A stretch of 63,365 nt of DNA, the filler included, from Octopus bimaculoides (Eukaryota), in assembly GCF_001194135.2 (NCBI RefSeq). It is 4 parts of 4 records of this genome, joined end to end, with 100 filler letters (N's around TTAATTAATTAA, not from the genome) between each part and the next. Parts side by side here need not be neighbours in the genome. Positions count along the whole stretch, not along the records: positions 24,014 to 54,538 come from NC_068987.1; 3 more parts are not named here. One strand, 5' to 3'. The notes beneath the pieces were generated by a model. The model worked only from the letters and a program-made list of their open reading frames with translations. It did not search any database and was not told where the DNA came from. Every line of letters begins with the position of its first letter. Within the stretch, counting starts at the first letter, position 1. The translations under genes were made by a program, and so were the position numbers. Below are positions 40,411-53,891 of this stretch, piece by piece.

Positions 40411-40844
40411 CTTTTCTACTCTTGGCACAAGGCCCGAAATTTTGGGGGAGGGGGACCAGTCGATTAGATCAACCCAGTACGCAACTGGTACTTAATTTAT
40501 CGACCTTGAAAGGAAGGATGAAAGGCAAAGTCGACCTCAGCAGAATTTGAACTCAGAACGTAAAGATAGACGAAACACCGCTAAGCATTTCACCCGAGGT
40601 GCTAACGTTTCTTATTTCTTTATTGCCCACAAGGGGCTAAGCATAGAGGGGACAAGCAAGGACAGACAAGGTGATTAAGTCGATTACATCGACCCCAGTG
40701 CGTAACTGGCACTTTATTTATCGACCCCGAAAGGAGGAAAGGCAAAGTCGACCTCGGCGGAATTTGAACTCAGAACGTAACGGCAGACGAAATACCGCTA
40801 AGCATTTCGCCCGGCGCGCTAACGTTTCTGCCAGCTCGTCGCCT
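40411..40844 (-). mobile_element. Composite of two family-2 SINEs flanked by one 18-bp TSD
   Basis: TAGATATTTCAAAATATT at 40393-40410 and 40845-40862; two bodies with different tails. Confidence 0.88.
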
Positions 40845-40919
40845 TAGATATTTCAAAATATTAAAAATACATTTACGTCGTAGTTTTACAGTTGTTGCCA
40901 ATAACGGTTGGTGTTGGTT

Positions 40920-41310
40920 ACTCAATGTTTCGAATCATTGCTGCGTGGGTTAGAAGCTCGCTTTGCAACCATGTGGTTTCGCATTCAGTCCTACTACGCG
41001 GCACCTTGGGCAAGTGTCTTCTACTCTAGCCCCCAGACCAACGAATGCTTTGTGAGTGTATTTGACAGACGGAAACTGTGTGGAAGTCCATCGTATACAT
41101 AATTCATACAAACATATATGTGTGTGTATTTGTGTTTGTTCTCGCCCATCCCTTGATAACCGGTGTTGGTTTACTTACGTCGCTGCAGCTAGCGATTCGG
41201 CAAAAGAGACCAACAGAATAAGTACCAGGATTTAAAATAAGTACTGGGATTCATTTGTTCGACTAAATCACATCATGGCCGCAGTCCAATGCCTGAAAAG
41301 TGTAAAAGAC
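40920..41310 (+). mobile_element. SINE family 1, diverged
   Basis: GCGGCACCTTGGGCAAGTGTCTTCTACT..GACGGAAACTG..CATGGCCGCAGTC. Confidence 0.8.
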
Positions 41311-43306
41311 AAAAGATTAAAAAAAAAAAAATGAAACAATATTTGATCCCTCCTTCCGCAAACAAAACGTTTGAATCGCTTAAGGTTCATCGATTTTAAA
41401 TATACATCACGTAACTACTCTTCGGTCTTTATACATCGATGCATAAATTTTATAAATGTTTCAAGTCTGAAAGACACTGACGCTACGTAATATAACGAGC
41501 CTCTCTTTAAAACGACCGTAATAAAATGCATAAAAAAGCTTATAATGAGAAAAAATATCAAACTACAATTACTTAGGACTGGGAAATATTGTATATTCGG
41601 ATAAGAATATAAAAATGTCATCTAATAATGAGAAAATACCTAAAAACTTTCTGTGTTTTTCTATAAAAAACATTTTCACATAGCATTAAACAAATTCTTT
41701 AATGGCTTTGATCGGATTGGGTGGGAGAGGACAGTACCCACGGTCTTCGCCGACAATCCGTGACTGGTGAGATCGACGGAGCAATTTTTTTTTGTTTTTA
41801 TTTAAGTTATGAATGGCGGCTACAGGGAGAAAAAAAACATGTGCAGGGTGGGAATTTCAAAGAGCTAAAAGTTTTGGGAAAGAAATTGTCTAGCGCAGCG
41901 CCTGAGGGCGTGGAGACCATATGAGTGACGAAAGAAGACAAAAACGAATGCTTTGAATGGATCCGAGTGAAGGCGAGTCGAGATCAAACAGCTCGAGATT
42001 AAACAGAGAGGTTGCTGAAGTAACGATACAAAAGATAGAGCACGTTTTGTGGACTAGAGTTTAGTGTCTGCAGGCCAACGTTACCGGTGGACAAGCAGAC
42101 CCATGACTACAACCACTCTAACAGTAACCATCCCGCTTTTTAAATAGCTAGTGCATCTATATAATATACGTATACTTTCTTTTTTAAGACTGTGGCGTGT
42201 GCGTGATTTGATTGAGATTTCATGGAGGTCTCCTATTTGACTAACACGAGCACATATTAAGGAAAATGGTTGAGAAAATGAAAGACTGAATCTCTTTCCG
42301 CAATTGATTAAATTAGCAACTAGAAAAACATAAAACGATACGTACAAAAGTTCTTTTCATCGTTGTTTGCCAGTTTGAGAAACATCGATGGTGCATATTT
42401 AATTTTCATGTTGCACTGGTTTATTATTAATACAACATGACGCAGCTGTACATGTGCGTATTTGCATATACATTTATGTATATATATGTATATATATNNN
42501 NNNNNNNNNNNNNNNNNNNNNNNNNNNNNNNNNNNNNNNNNNNNNNNNNNNNNNNNNNNNNNNNNNNNNNNNNNNNNNNNNNNNNNNNNNNNNNNNNNNN
42601 NNNNNNNNNNNNNNNNNNNNNNNNNNNNNNNNNNNNNNNNNNNNNNNNNNNNNNNNNNNNNNNNNNNNNNNNNNNNNNNNNNNNNNNNNNNNNNNNNNNN
42701 NNNNNNNNNNNNNNNNNNNNNNNNNNNNNNNNNNNNNNNNNNNNNNNNNNNNNNNNNNNNNNNNNNNNNNNNNNNNNNNNNNNNNNNNNNNNNNNNNNNN
42801 NNNNNNNNNNNNNNNNNNNNNNNNNNNNNNNNNNNNNNNNNNNNNNNNNNNNNNNNNNNNNNNNNNNNNNNNNNNNNNNNNNNNNNNNNNNNNNNNNNNN
42901 NNNNNNNNNNNNNNNNNNNNNNNNNNNNNNNNNNNNNNNNNNNNNNNNNNNNNNNNNNNNNNNNNNNNNNNNNNNNNNNNNNNNNNNNNNNNNNNNNNNN
43001 NNNNNNNNNNNNNNNNNNNNNNNNNNNNNNNNNNNNNNNNNNNNNNNNNNNNNNNNNNNNNNNNNNNNNNNNNNNNNNNNNNNNNNNNNNNNNNNNNNNN
43101 NNNNNNNNNNNNNNNNNNNNNNNNNNNNNNNNNNNNNNNNNNNNNNNNNNNNNNNNNNNNNNNNNNNNNNNNNNNNNNNNNNNNNNNNNNNNNNNNNNNN
43201 NNNNNNNNNNNATAAAATATTTTATACTGTGAAACTTAATTTAATTTTAATTTTCAATAAATTGAATTTAATTGAGTTTTTACCTGTAAATTTGGATTTA
43301 TATCCC

Positions 43307-43348
<42 letters not shown>

Positions 43349-43356
43349 TATATATA

Positions 43357-45739
43357 CAGGCATACCTCGGATTAAATCATTTCGATTTACGTAGTTCTCG
43401 ATTATACGTCGGTTTTTCCAAAATTATATAAGGAAAATTAAAAATTAGCTTAATTCATTTTACTCGACTTTACGTCTGTCCGCCACAAATATTGGAATCG
43501 TAAAATCACTAGAAATAAGAATAAAAGCATATAAAATCATATGAAAATAGTACAATAAAGTAGTGTAGCTTAGTGAACGAAATCATGAAAACAGCTGTGT
43601 TGTCTTATTTTCTGGTCTTTCGGAGCTCATATTGCACTGTAGTTCCAATATCTACCGTTAGGCGTCGTTGTCACTCGTGATTCCCGTGATTGGTTTGAAT
43701 TCAGATTTGTTTACGGCTGCTTATCGGCTGCTTTCTCATTCTCATTCATTTGCAACTTTATTATTTTTTTTGTCCCCATGGCTCTTAAGAAAATTCATAG
43801 CGAAAGCGCTAGGCGCCATGCCATAACGCTGGAAGATAAACTGGTTATAATAAAACGCCAGGAAAAAGGTGAAAAAGTGGTAGCAATTGCAATTGTACAT
43901 AATAAGGGCAACATTTTAGCACATATCAAATCTGAAGCCCCAGGGATGAAGAACACTGTCATTAATAAGAAAACAGGCAAAATCTCTGAAGAAATGGAAA
44001 GTCGTCTTTCTCTTTGGATTGTTAGATTGAATCGCCAGCGTGCTACTATTAGTCAAGAAATCATTCAAGAGAAAGATTTGTCTTTGAGGATCTGAAGAAA
44101 AAATATCCAGATGAAAAAGATGTAGAGTTCAAGGCAAGTCAAGGATGGTGCATGAGATTTAAGGAGCGACGAAGTTATCATTCTATAAGAAGCAAAGTGA
44201 AAGTGTATCAGCTGACGAACAAGCAGCAGCGGAATTTCCTAAAACATTAAAAAAATCATCGAAAAAAAACGGGTTTCCTCCCGAAGAGATGTTTAACGTA
44301 GACGAAACTGGATTGTTTAGAAAAAATTGCCAGAGCATTCATTCATTTCCAAGGAGGAGAAAACTATTCCAGGCTACAAGGTCTCAAAAGAACGTGTGAC
44401 CATTATGTTGAGAGGTAATTGTGCAGGAGATTTTAAATAAAAGCCATCGTTCGTGTATCATGCACACAACTCCCGTGCCCTGAAGAACAAACCCAAGGCA
44501 TCTCTCCTTGTTATATGGATGGCTAATTCAAAAGCATGGGTTATTGTTGTTGTTTTTGAAGATTGGTTCTTCAATCATTTTATCCCAGCAGCAGAGAAGT
44601 ACTGTAAGGAGAAAGGGATTCTTTTTAAGGCTTTTCTTATCTTAGATCGTAGAATTTGGCTCCAACGTTACCGTCGTATACCTCCCTCCAAACACCATAT
44701 CTCTTCTGTAGCAAATCGATCAGGGAATAATTGCTGTCTTTAAGCGTTACTATATGAAGCGTACGCTGCGGCAAGCAATAGCTGCAACTGATCTTGATGA
44801 GTCCATCATACTTCGTGACTTTCGGAAGAGATACGATATCTACAAGGCTGTACAGAACATAGCTGTGGCATGGAATGATGTACAGAGCACGGCTAGGAAC
44901 GGTATATAGAAGAAGCTATGCGTGCAATTCATGAATGATTTTAAGGGCTTTGAAAATGTTGCCATCAACAAAACGTTGGTGACTACGAGCAAAGAGAGCT
45001 TCACGAGCAGCAAAATCAAGAAGAGAAAGGCGAACCTGAGCCACGTCACTTTACTATTACGAAAATGCAGTAAGCATTTGCATATATCGAAAAAGGTTTT
45101 TCTATGTTCAAGGATATGGACTGAAATGCTCAACGCCTTTCCAAGATTATGAGGGCTTGTCACGAAGCTTTTGCTCCTTATAATGTAATCCTTAAGGAAA
45201 AGAAGACAGTTCAAGGAACTCTCAACCAGTCTTTTTAAGCGTATCGAACAACAACAATAGCCAGAGTCATCTGTTGATGTTGACGATCCACAGCCATCTA
45301 TATCCGCGATGTAAACCATTAAATTGTATGTACGTATTGATAAATAAAAAATTAATTTTCTTTACTATTGAAAAATGATAATAATTGCTGGATTTGTGTT
45401 TTAAGCTTAAAAAAGGATTTTATTTTACCATGTCTTATTGCAAACCGCATTCATAAATAAAGCGTCCGCGATGTACGGTAAACACCACCAAATTGTATTC
45501 GCAAATTTAGATTACTTTTTTTTTTACTGTACAGTATTAAAAAATAAAAATTATTTGTTTGTAAGCTTGAAATAGGTTTTTTATTAACCAAGTATTATTG
45601 ATTATTGCATTCATAAATAAAGTACAGAACTGGGAATGGTTATTATCGGTTTAGCCTAGAGACAAGTAAATTCGGTCTAGCCTAGGCGGCTTAAGTCGTG
45701 TTTCCTGGAACCAATTAACGACGTAGGGTGAGGTATGCC

Positions 45740-45741
<2 letters not shown>
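43357..45741 (+). mobile_element. Tc1/mariner-superfamily Tigger/pogo transposon, full length and inactive
   Basis: TIRs CAGGCATACCTC and GAGGTATGCCT in TA context. Transposase at 43778 to about 45150: RRHAITLEDKLVII (HTH), FKASQGW, FNVDETGLF, KERVTIML, NSKAWV, AFLILD and DQGIIAVFK, with frameshifts. Confidence 0.92.
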
Positions 45742-45771
<30 letters not shown>

Positions 45772-46366
45772 TGTATGCATGTATGTATCCACGCACACAC
45801 ATATGTGTATGTGAGAGAGAAAGAGATAGTGGGTGGGTGTGATTGTGTGTGTGTGTGTTTGAAGAAGGATTTCTTTAAATTAAAAATTGTTAATTACATA
45901 AAAGAAAGCTTAATAAACAGAATGACGCAAATTTGTTCGTATTACATAAACACTTTGGCTGTCTTCAGACACATGTATTATGGGATAAACTCTGCAGAGG
46001 AAGTTGTTTATACCATAACACATGTGTTTGGAAAGCTATAAATAGCGAAAGCGCTTACATTATAGAAAAACTTCCTTTCAAGAGATTTGTGGCATTCTGT
46101 ATTTTCGAAGAATTTTATAGAATTAACATTTTTTAATTTAAAAAATCCCCAGACGTTGTGAAACCTTGTGTTCGTGTATATATATATATATATATATATA
46201 GCAAAGTAGGTTATAATTATAATTCTTTTTGGCGAAATATTACAATCTGCTGTTTATGTTTATTTTATGTAAGCACATTTGCGTATCGCTAAATCTTCCA
46301 TTAATTTGGATGACTGAAACATATACTAATAGAGAAGCAAGCTGAAGAAAACCGAGATCGAACGGG

Positions 46367-46415
46367 CTTAACTGATGAGGCAACGAAAATTGCTGAAACT
46401 GACGTCAGTATCAAG
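46367..46415 (+). ncRNA. Minimal type I hammerhead ribozyme motif
   Basis: CTTAA-CTGATGA-GGCAA-CGAAAA-TTGCT-GAAA-CTGACGTCA-GTA-TCAAG. Intact core, stem II, palindromic stem III, GUA cleavage triplet and a 4/5-bp stem I. Confidence 0.75.
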
Positions 46416-46601
46416 AATTCACGATCGGCATTTTTCGGACGATTCAGGACCCTTTTAGTGTATATGCTTTCATTCAAGTGCGTTAACTACAGTATTTGAG
46501 AATTTTAGCACTTTAGCTTGTATTTCTAGCAATGTAGGCATTTCTTAACACTCTAGTCACATTTAGTGACAGTTACACTTCTCCTTTATCGTGAAATATT
46601 G

Positions 46602-46643
<42 letters not shown>

Positions 46644-48045
46644 NNNNNNNNNNNNNNNNNNNNNNNNNNNNNNNNNNNNNNNNNNNNNNNNNNNNNNNNN
46701 NNNNNNNNNNNNNNNNNNNNNNNNNNNNNNNNNNNNNNNNNNNNNNNNNNNNNNNNNNNNNNNNNNNNNNNNNNNNNNNNNNNNNNNNNNNNNNNNNNNN
46801 NNNNNNNNNNNNNNNNNNNNNNNNNNNNNNNNNNNNNNNNNNNNNNNNNNNNNNNNNNNTATATATATATATATATATATGTATATGTATCTATGAATAA
46901 TATGTATATTTATATACGTACATATATTCATACACACGCGCACGTACGCACGTACACACACATTTATAATGGCGAAGGAAGATGTTCACGCACGTGTTGG
47001 TGTATTCATGTACGTGATAGGTTTAATTGGGCGTGTGTTGGTGTGCATGTGCACGCGTGCGTATATGCACACGTGCGTATATGCACACCTCCCCCCCCCC
47101 CACATTCATTCAGTAGATTTCCNNNNNNNNNNGTATATGCACACCTCCCCCCCCCCCACATTCATTCAGTAGATTTCCCAGCGCTAAATGTTGCTTCACA
47201 CCATAAAAATGTAATGTAAAAAAGATTCTTCCTCTTCCTCCAAACTTGATCTCTTTCAGATATGTATACTTCTCACTAATTTATTCAGTCTCAACGATTT
47301 AAATCTCTTAATTAAATCTCACACTCAGTTCATCAAACGTTTCGTTCTCAAAATTATGCATCACGTGAACAGTGAATAAAACTTCAACACGAAACGATGC
47401 TATTTGCTTAACATATAAATGTTAACTGTTGGACGTTGCTACCATGTGAGTTGCATGAGGACCAGCAGCAAGTTTTAAAAGTGAAGCTAATATGAGATAC
47501 CTGTTCATCGTTGTAATTAGGACAATAAATTATACGATGTTAGCGATATACTTAAATTAGTCTACTTAGGAAATTACGTGAGAATTGTCTCACTGCTCTA
47601 TAATTAATGTAGCGTGTAGATTTGAGTCTGTGTGTATGCGTGTAGGCGAATGCGTGTGTTTAGCGCACGCACACACACACGTACAGTTGCTTTGCCAATA
47701 TATATATATATATATANNNNNNNNNNNNNNNNNNNNNNNNNNNNNNNNNNNNNNNNNNNNNNNNNNNNNNNNNNNNNNNNNNNNNNNNNNNNNNNNNNNN
47801 NNNNNNNNNNNNNNNNNNNNNNNNNNNNNNNNNNNNNNNNNNNNNNNNNNNNNNNNNNNNNNNNNNNNNNNNNNNNNNNNNNNNNNNNNNNNNNNNNNNN
47901 NNNNNNNNNNNNNNNNNNNNNNNNNNNNNNNNNNNNNNNNNNNNNNNNNNNNNNNNNNNNNNNNNNNNNNNNNNNNNNNNNNNNNNNNNNNNNNNNNNNN
48001 NNNNNNNNNNNNNNNNNNNNNNNNNNNNNNNNNNNTGTATGTGTC

Positions 48046-48078
<33 letters not shown>

Positions 48079-48082
48079 AAAC

Positions 48083-48113
<31 letters not shown>

Positions 48114-49029
48114 CACATATGTATATATTTATATATATAAGGTATATTATGTAGAAAAGACAGATAAACAAAGGAAGGCTTAAGGAGAGTATTCACATGG
48201 AAAGTTGCATATACAAATAACTGAATGATGTAATCAAGTCTTATCTTTTCAGTCGTTCAGGTGTTGTATCCATGTATGAACACATAAATTCACACATACG
48301 CGCGCCCGCCCGCACGCACACACACTCACACATACCGGAATCACTCGCGTTAAAAGTCTGATAGTAACTCAAACTGATTTAATGTTTGTCAATGAGGATG
48401 ATTTTTTACCTTTAAACATCAAGTTAAATATCTAGTAAAGCGCTTTTACAGTTTCTCTCCGCAACAGTACCTTCACTTCTCCTCAATGACTTCTTTCCAG
48501 ACATCTTGAATTGTAGGTAAATCTGACAGTGCCGCTGATCAGCAATTATCCACAACAAATATGTAGTAAAAAAAGAATAGTACGAAGTAAGAACTGCTGT
48601 GTGAAAGCAAAATATTCGCATGAATGTAAGAATGAAAATGTGATAATGAAAAAGTGAAGGAATGTGATAGGAGAAAGTATTATGTATTTACAGTTAGTTG
48701 AAGGGTTACCAGATTCATAGACACTTTACCCTTTGCACCTCTGATTTGAACAATAAAAATTCCATACTCTGCTCACACATACATGAACGCACACATAGAC
48801 AAACACGCATGCACGTACACTCTGTGTTGACATATGACGTATGTAGCTACAGGTATTGCTATCATACAGTTACTATTAGTGGTGTTGCCAATTGGTTATT
48901 CAAAAGTTGCCAATTGGTTATTCAGAAGTTGTTAATGGTAGTGGTTTTTGTTGTATTGGTTTTCATGTTTTCATGTTGATGATGGTAGGAGTATTGTTGA
49001 TAGTAGCTGTGGGTATATTGCTTAATATG

Positions 49030-49965
49030 TGTTGAAGAGAGGCGGGGGTATGAGATAGTACAGCCATTGTATCTCAGCATACTATATCTCGTACACCCTG
49101 GTCGAAAGGAATTTTGATGTGGTTTTCAGGCGGTGAGATGCTGCTAACATGGCGGTACGTGACACGAATTCCGTCTCCTTCGGTGAATTGTTTCCTGGAA
49201 AGAAGGGTTACAACCACCAAGTAAATGTTAAATAGCACAGGGGCAAGGACACATCTTTGTTTTACCCCACTAGGACACCAAGGGATCTGAGGTTTCACCT
49301 CCCATTGTTACTTTCGTTTGTATACAATCATGAAACTTCTGGACAAACGAGAGAAACGTTGTTGAACAGCCAAACTTCTGAAGCAGGCGCCACAACATAG
49401 GACAGTTAACTGTGTCAGACACCTTTGTTAGATCAATGAAAGTGTATCATCTATTTCTCTGCAGTTCACAAACCTTCAAGAAGACGCGCCACAAATATCA
49501 TGTCAGAAGTGTTTCTTTCTGGTTGAAATCCATATTGAGATCCAAGCAAAATCCAGATAACATGAAGTACAAGAAGTCGGAGGAGAGTAGGAGAGAAGAT
49601 CTTGCTGGCATAATCCAAAAGAGAGGACACCCTGCTGTTGCCTCACTCTGGACGGTCTCCCTTGCGCTTGCATATTGCACAGTTGGAATGTTTCTACTTG
49701 TCAGGTATAGTCGTCCTCTGCCAACAGAAAAGAAACAAAGAGTGAAGATGGGATATGAGGTAAGGCCCGCCATACTTGTAGATCTCATCTGGAATTCAAT
49801 CATTGCCGGGAGACTTCTTGTTTTTGAGATCGCATGTTTTTGAGATCAACTGTTGGTGGTGGGGTTGTCAAGTTCTGTCGGGATAGGAAGACCTGAAATC
49901 TCTTCAAGTGCCGTGGGGTCCGTGGGGATTACCGAATTCAGAGGATCTCTGACACTGGACTCCAC
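49030..49965 (-). mobile_element. RTE-clade LINE RT region, inverted relative to its 3' part
   Basis: LEEISGLPIPTELDNPTT..KTRSLPAM, YARKISSLL, DLTKVSDTV and GVKQRCVLAPVLFNIYL. Confidence 0.85.
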
Positions 49966-50188
49966 NNNNNNNNNNNNNNNNNNNNNNNNNNNNNNNNNNN
50001 NNNNNNNNNNNNNNNNNNNNNNNNNNNNNNNNNNNNNNNNNNNNNNNNNNNNNNNNNNNNNNNNNNNNNNNNNNNNNNNNNNNNNNNNNNNNNNNNNNNN
50101 NNNNNNNNNNNNNNNNNNNNNNNNNNNNNNNNNNNNNNNNNNNNNNNNNNNNNNNNNNNNNNNNNNNNNNNNNNNNNNNNNNNNNNNN

Positions 50189-50772
50189 ACCCTTTGTTGG
50201 CGCAAGGTAAGACAACTAGGAGCGTTCCATATCAAATCGCTCCAAGGTATTCTTAGTTTTTCTTGGCAGGACAAGATGTTTCATACTCAAATCCTCCTGA
50301 GGGCTGGAATCTACAGCGTTGAAGCCTGCATCCTTCGTCGTCTTCTCAGTTGGGTTGGACATGTGATTCGGATGCCGGGTAACCGACTCCAAAAGACGGT
50401 CCTCTTCAGTGTGATCGAGACTGGATATATATTGATGTTCGAAACTTCGTTTTCATTACCATCTCAGGTGGTCTTTCATTTGTATTAGTCGGAGGGCATG
50501 GAAGTCAGTGTATGATGCTGGATTAGAGCGCTTTGAAACCGAACGCAAGAGACTGCATGAAGAGAGGAGGAAACGTCGTCATGAACCCCGTAAGGCTGTA
50601 GATCGGCGTCACGTTCAGTACCCTCAGTGCCAGATGATCTGCCTATCTCGTATAGATCTTGTTAGACACGTTCGTTCCCATAAAATATAATGTACTGGAG
50701 GCAGAGGAGGAGGAATGTCTTGGATCGACGTTATCATCTCCTTTGATAAGCCGTCTTAAGCAAGTAAGTAAG
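50189..50772 (+). mobile_element. RTE-clade LINE 3' part with C-terminal zinc-finger-like motif and (GTAA)n tail
   Basis: RQLGAFHIKSLQGILSFSWQDK..LSWVGHVIRMPGNRLQKTVLF..YPQCQMICLSRIDLVRHVRSHKI*, tail CAAGTAAGTAAG. Confidence 0.85.
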
Positions 50773-50789
50773 CATGCATATATATCCCG

Positions 50790-51559
50790 CTAGCAGTACA
50801 CCAAAACACAATATTAGTCAGCTTTGATGTAACAAGTTTATATACTAACATCCTACACGACTTAGGAATTGAAATTGTTGACTTATGAATTACAAAACAT
50901 CAAGATTCCATTCCAGAGAGATTCCCGAAAGAGTTTATTTTGGAAGGACTCAAATTAATATTGGAGAGCAAGCACTTCCTTTTTGGTAACGAACTATATT
51001 TACAATAAGAGGAACAACTATGGGAACCAACGTAGCCCCAACATATGCAACACTCGTTATGGAATATCTAGAGTCAAAACTATACTCTCAACTGCAGGTA
51101 ACGTTCAGTCACGACTTCACCACCTACATTAATAACAACTGGAAACGTTACCTAGAAGATTGCTTCATCTTCAGGAATAGAAACCAAGAAGACCTGCAAA
51201 GATTCTATTCCATCATAAACAGGCTTCATGAAGCAATACAATTCACCATGGAATGTAGTAGAAAGGAACTACCATTTCTGGATATCCTTATCATTAAAGA
51301 AGGGGAAAGTATCAAAACAGACCTATTTTACAAACCAACAGACACACACCATTATTTAAATTTCCGATCAGCACACCCCTCACATACCAGCAATCCTCCA
51401 AAATGAATGCACTCATAAACGACTCATCAATGATATATAGCAGTCGACAAGCACCAGACTTTAAAAAACTACTCTGCAAGGCGAAATTTACATCTAACAT
51501 TGAAACAATGCAAGTTAAAAAATGCGGGGGATCCTCGATGCGGAACCTGTGAATACATT
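50790..51559 (+). mobile_element. Penelope-like RT and Cys knuckle, internally deleted
   Basis: ILVSFDVTSLYTNI, RGTTMGTNVAPTYATLVM, WKRYLEDCF, FTME..ELPFLDILI, TDLFYKPTDTHHYLNFRSAHP and KKCGDPRCGTCEYI. Confidence 0.9.
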
Positions 51560-52469
51560 GAAGAGGGTGGACAAATCTCNNNNNNNNNNNNNNNNNNNNN
51601 NNNNNNNNNNNNNNNNNNNNNNNNNNNNNNNNNNNNNNNNNNNNNNNNNNNNNNNNNNNNNNNNNNNNNNNNNNNNNNNNNNNNNNNNNNNNNNNNNNNN
51701 NNNNNNNNNNNNNNNNNNNNNNNNNNNNNNNNNNNNNNNNNNNNNNNNNNNNNNNNNNNNNNNNNNNNNNNNNNNNNNNNNNNNNNNNNNNNNNNNNNNN
51801 NNNNNNNNNNNNNNNNNNNNNNNNNNNNNNNNNNNNNNNNNNNNNNNNNNNNNNNNNNNNNNNNNNNNNNNNNNNNNNNNNNNNNNNNNNNNNNNNNNNN
51901 NNNNNNNNNNNNNNNNNNNNNNNNNNNNNNNNNNNNNNNNNNNNNNNNNNNNNNNNNNNNNNNNNNNNNNNNNNNNNNNNNNNNNNNNNNNNNNNNNNNN
52001 NNNNNNNNNNNNNNNNNNNNNNNNNNNNNNNNNNNNNNNNNNNNNNNNNNNNNNNNNNNNNNNNNNNNNNNNNNNNNNNNNNNNNNNNNNNNNNNNNNNN
52101 NNNNNNNNNNNNNNNNNNNNNNNNNNNNNNNNNNNNNNNNNNNNNNNNNNNNNNNNNNNNNTATATATATATATATATATCCAAATAGAAGTGGATGACA
52201 CCCACAATTTCAATCATTCGATCGTTGAAGAGAACAACCCTCAGAGGTAAAATGCCATTTCACTAACCCCTTAAATACTTGAGTAGTGTAGATACGTATA
52301 CATATGTGTGTGTGTGTGCGTGTGCATGTGTATGTTGGTACATGTAAACATACAAATGCGATAGATGCACATGCACATGTGTGCGTGGATATATATGTAT
52401 ATGTGTGTGTAGATAGATATATGTGTATGTTTACATGTGTATGTGTGTATATATATATGTGTGCGTGTG

Positions 52470-52506
<37 letters not shown>

Positions 52507-52702
52507 AGAGAGCGAGAGACAAAGGTGTGGGTATATGTGAACTGAAGGTGATATTTGTGTGTGTGTGTGTATGTATGTGTGTGTATGTGTGTATATGTAC
52601 ATGTGTATGGATACGCATTTATATATGTGTGTGTGTATATGAGTATATCTGTGAATGTGTGTATATGTATATATGTGTAAATGTGGGTGTCTATATATAT
52701 AC

Positions 52703-52754
<52 letters not shown>

Positions 52755-53572
52755 GTATGTGTGTGTACATTTGTATGTATATGCATGTATGTATGCATAT
52801 ATATATATGTATGGCTATGTCTATGTATGTACATGTGTATGTATGCATATGTGTATGTATGTATGTATGTATGTATGTATGTATATATATATATATGTAT
52901 GTATATATATATATGTATATATATATATGTATNNNNNNNNNNNNNNNNNNNNNNNNNNNNNNNNNNNNNNNNNNNNNNNNNNNNNNNNNNNNNNNNNNNN
53001 NNNNNNNNNNNNNNNNNNNNNNNNNNNNNNNNNNNNNNNNNNNNNNNNNNNNNNNNNNNNNNNNNNNNNNNNNNNNNNNNNNNNNNNNNNNNNNNNNNNN
53101 NNNNNNNNNNNNNNNNNNNNNNNNNNNNNNNNNNNNNNNNNNNNNNNNNNNNNNNNNNNNNNNNNNNNNNNNNNNNNNNNNNNNNNNNNNNNNNNNNNNN
53201 NNNNNNNNNNNNNNNNNNNNNNNNNNNNNNNNNNNNNNNNNNNNNNNNNNNNNNNNNNNNNNNNNNNNNNNNNNNNNNNNNNNNNNNNNNNNNNNNNNNN
53301 NNNNNNNNNNNNNNNNNNNNNNNNNNNNNNNNNNNNNNNNNNNNNNNNNNNNNNNNNNNNNNNNNNNNNNNNNNNNNNNNNNNNNNNNNNNNNNNNNNNN
53401 NNNNNNNNNNNNNNNNNNNNNNNNNNNNNNNNNNNNNNNNNNNNNNNNNNNNNNNNNNNNNNNNNNNNNNNNNNNNNNNNNNNNNNNNNNNNNNNNNNNN
53501 NNNNNNNNNNNNNNNNNNNNNNNNNNNNNNNNNNNNNNNNNNNNNNNNNNNNNNNNNNNNNNNNNNNNNNNN

Positions 53573-53637
<65 letters not shown>

Positions 53638-53891
53638 ACCATCTATATGCGTCTTTACATCATAATTATGTAAAAATACCGTATTTTCATTAAGTATGAC
53701 ATATAGATATTCATCTATGTATCATATTACAGTCAGTAGAAACGGTTTTATTCTAAATTTGTATCTATTGCATATAACAGAATTTTATTCAGCCCGGTGG
53801 CTATTCGCAAAGCTAGTTAATGCTTATTTACCGTTTTTCTGTATACTGGACGCGATAAATCTCGTCTATGCATGTAACTGAGTGTATGTAC

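Noticed and set aside
52210-53673. His/Tyr/Ile/Cys-Val-rich ORFs; also 60440-60770 and 63003-63281
   Set aside because: Translations of (TA)n, (TG)n, (TATG)n, (CA)n and (GATA)n repeats.
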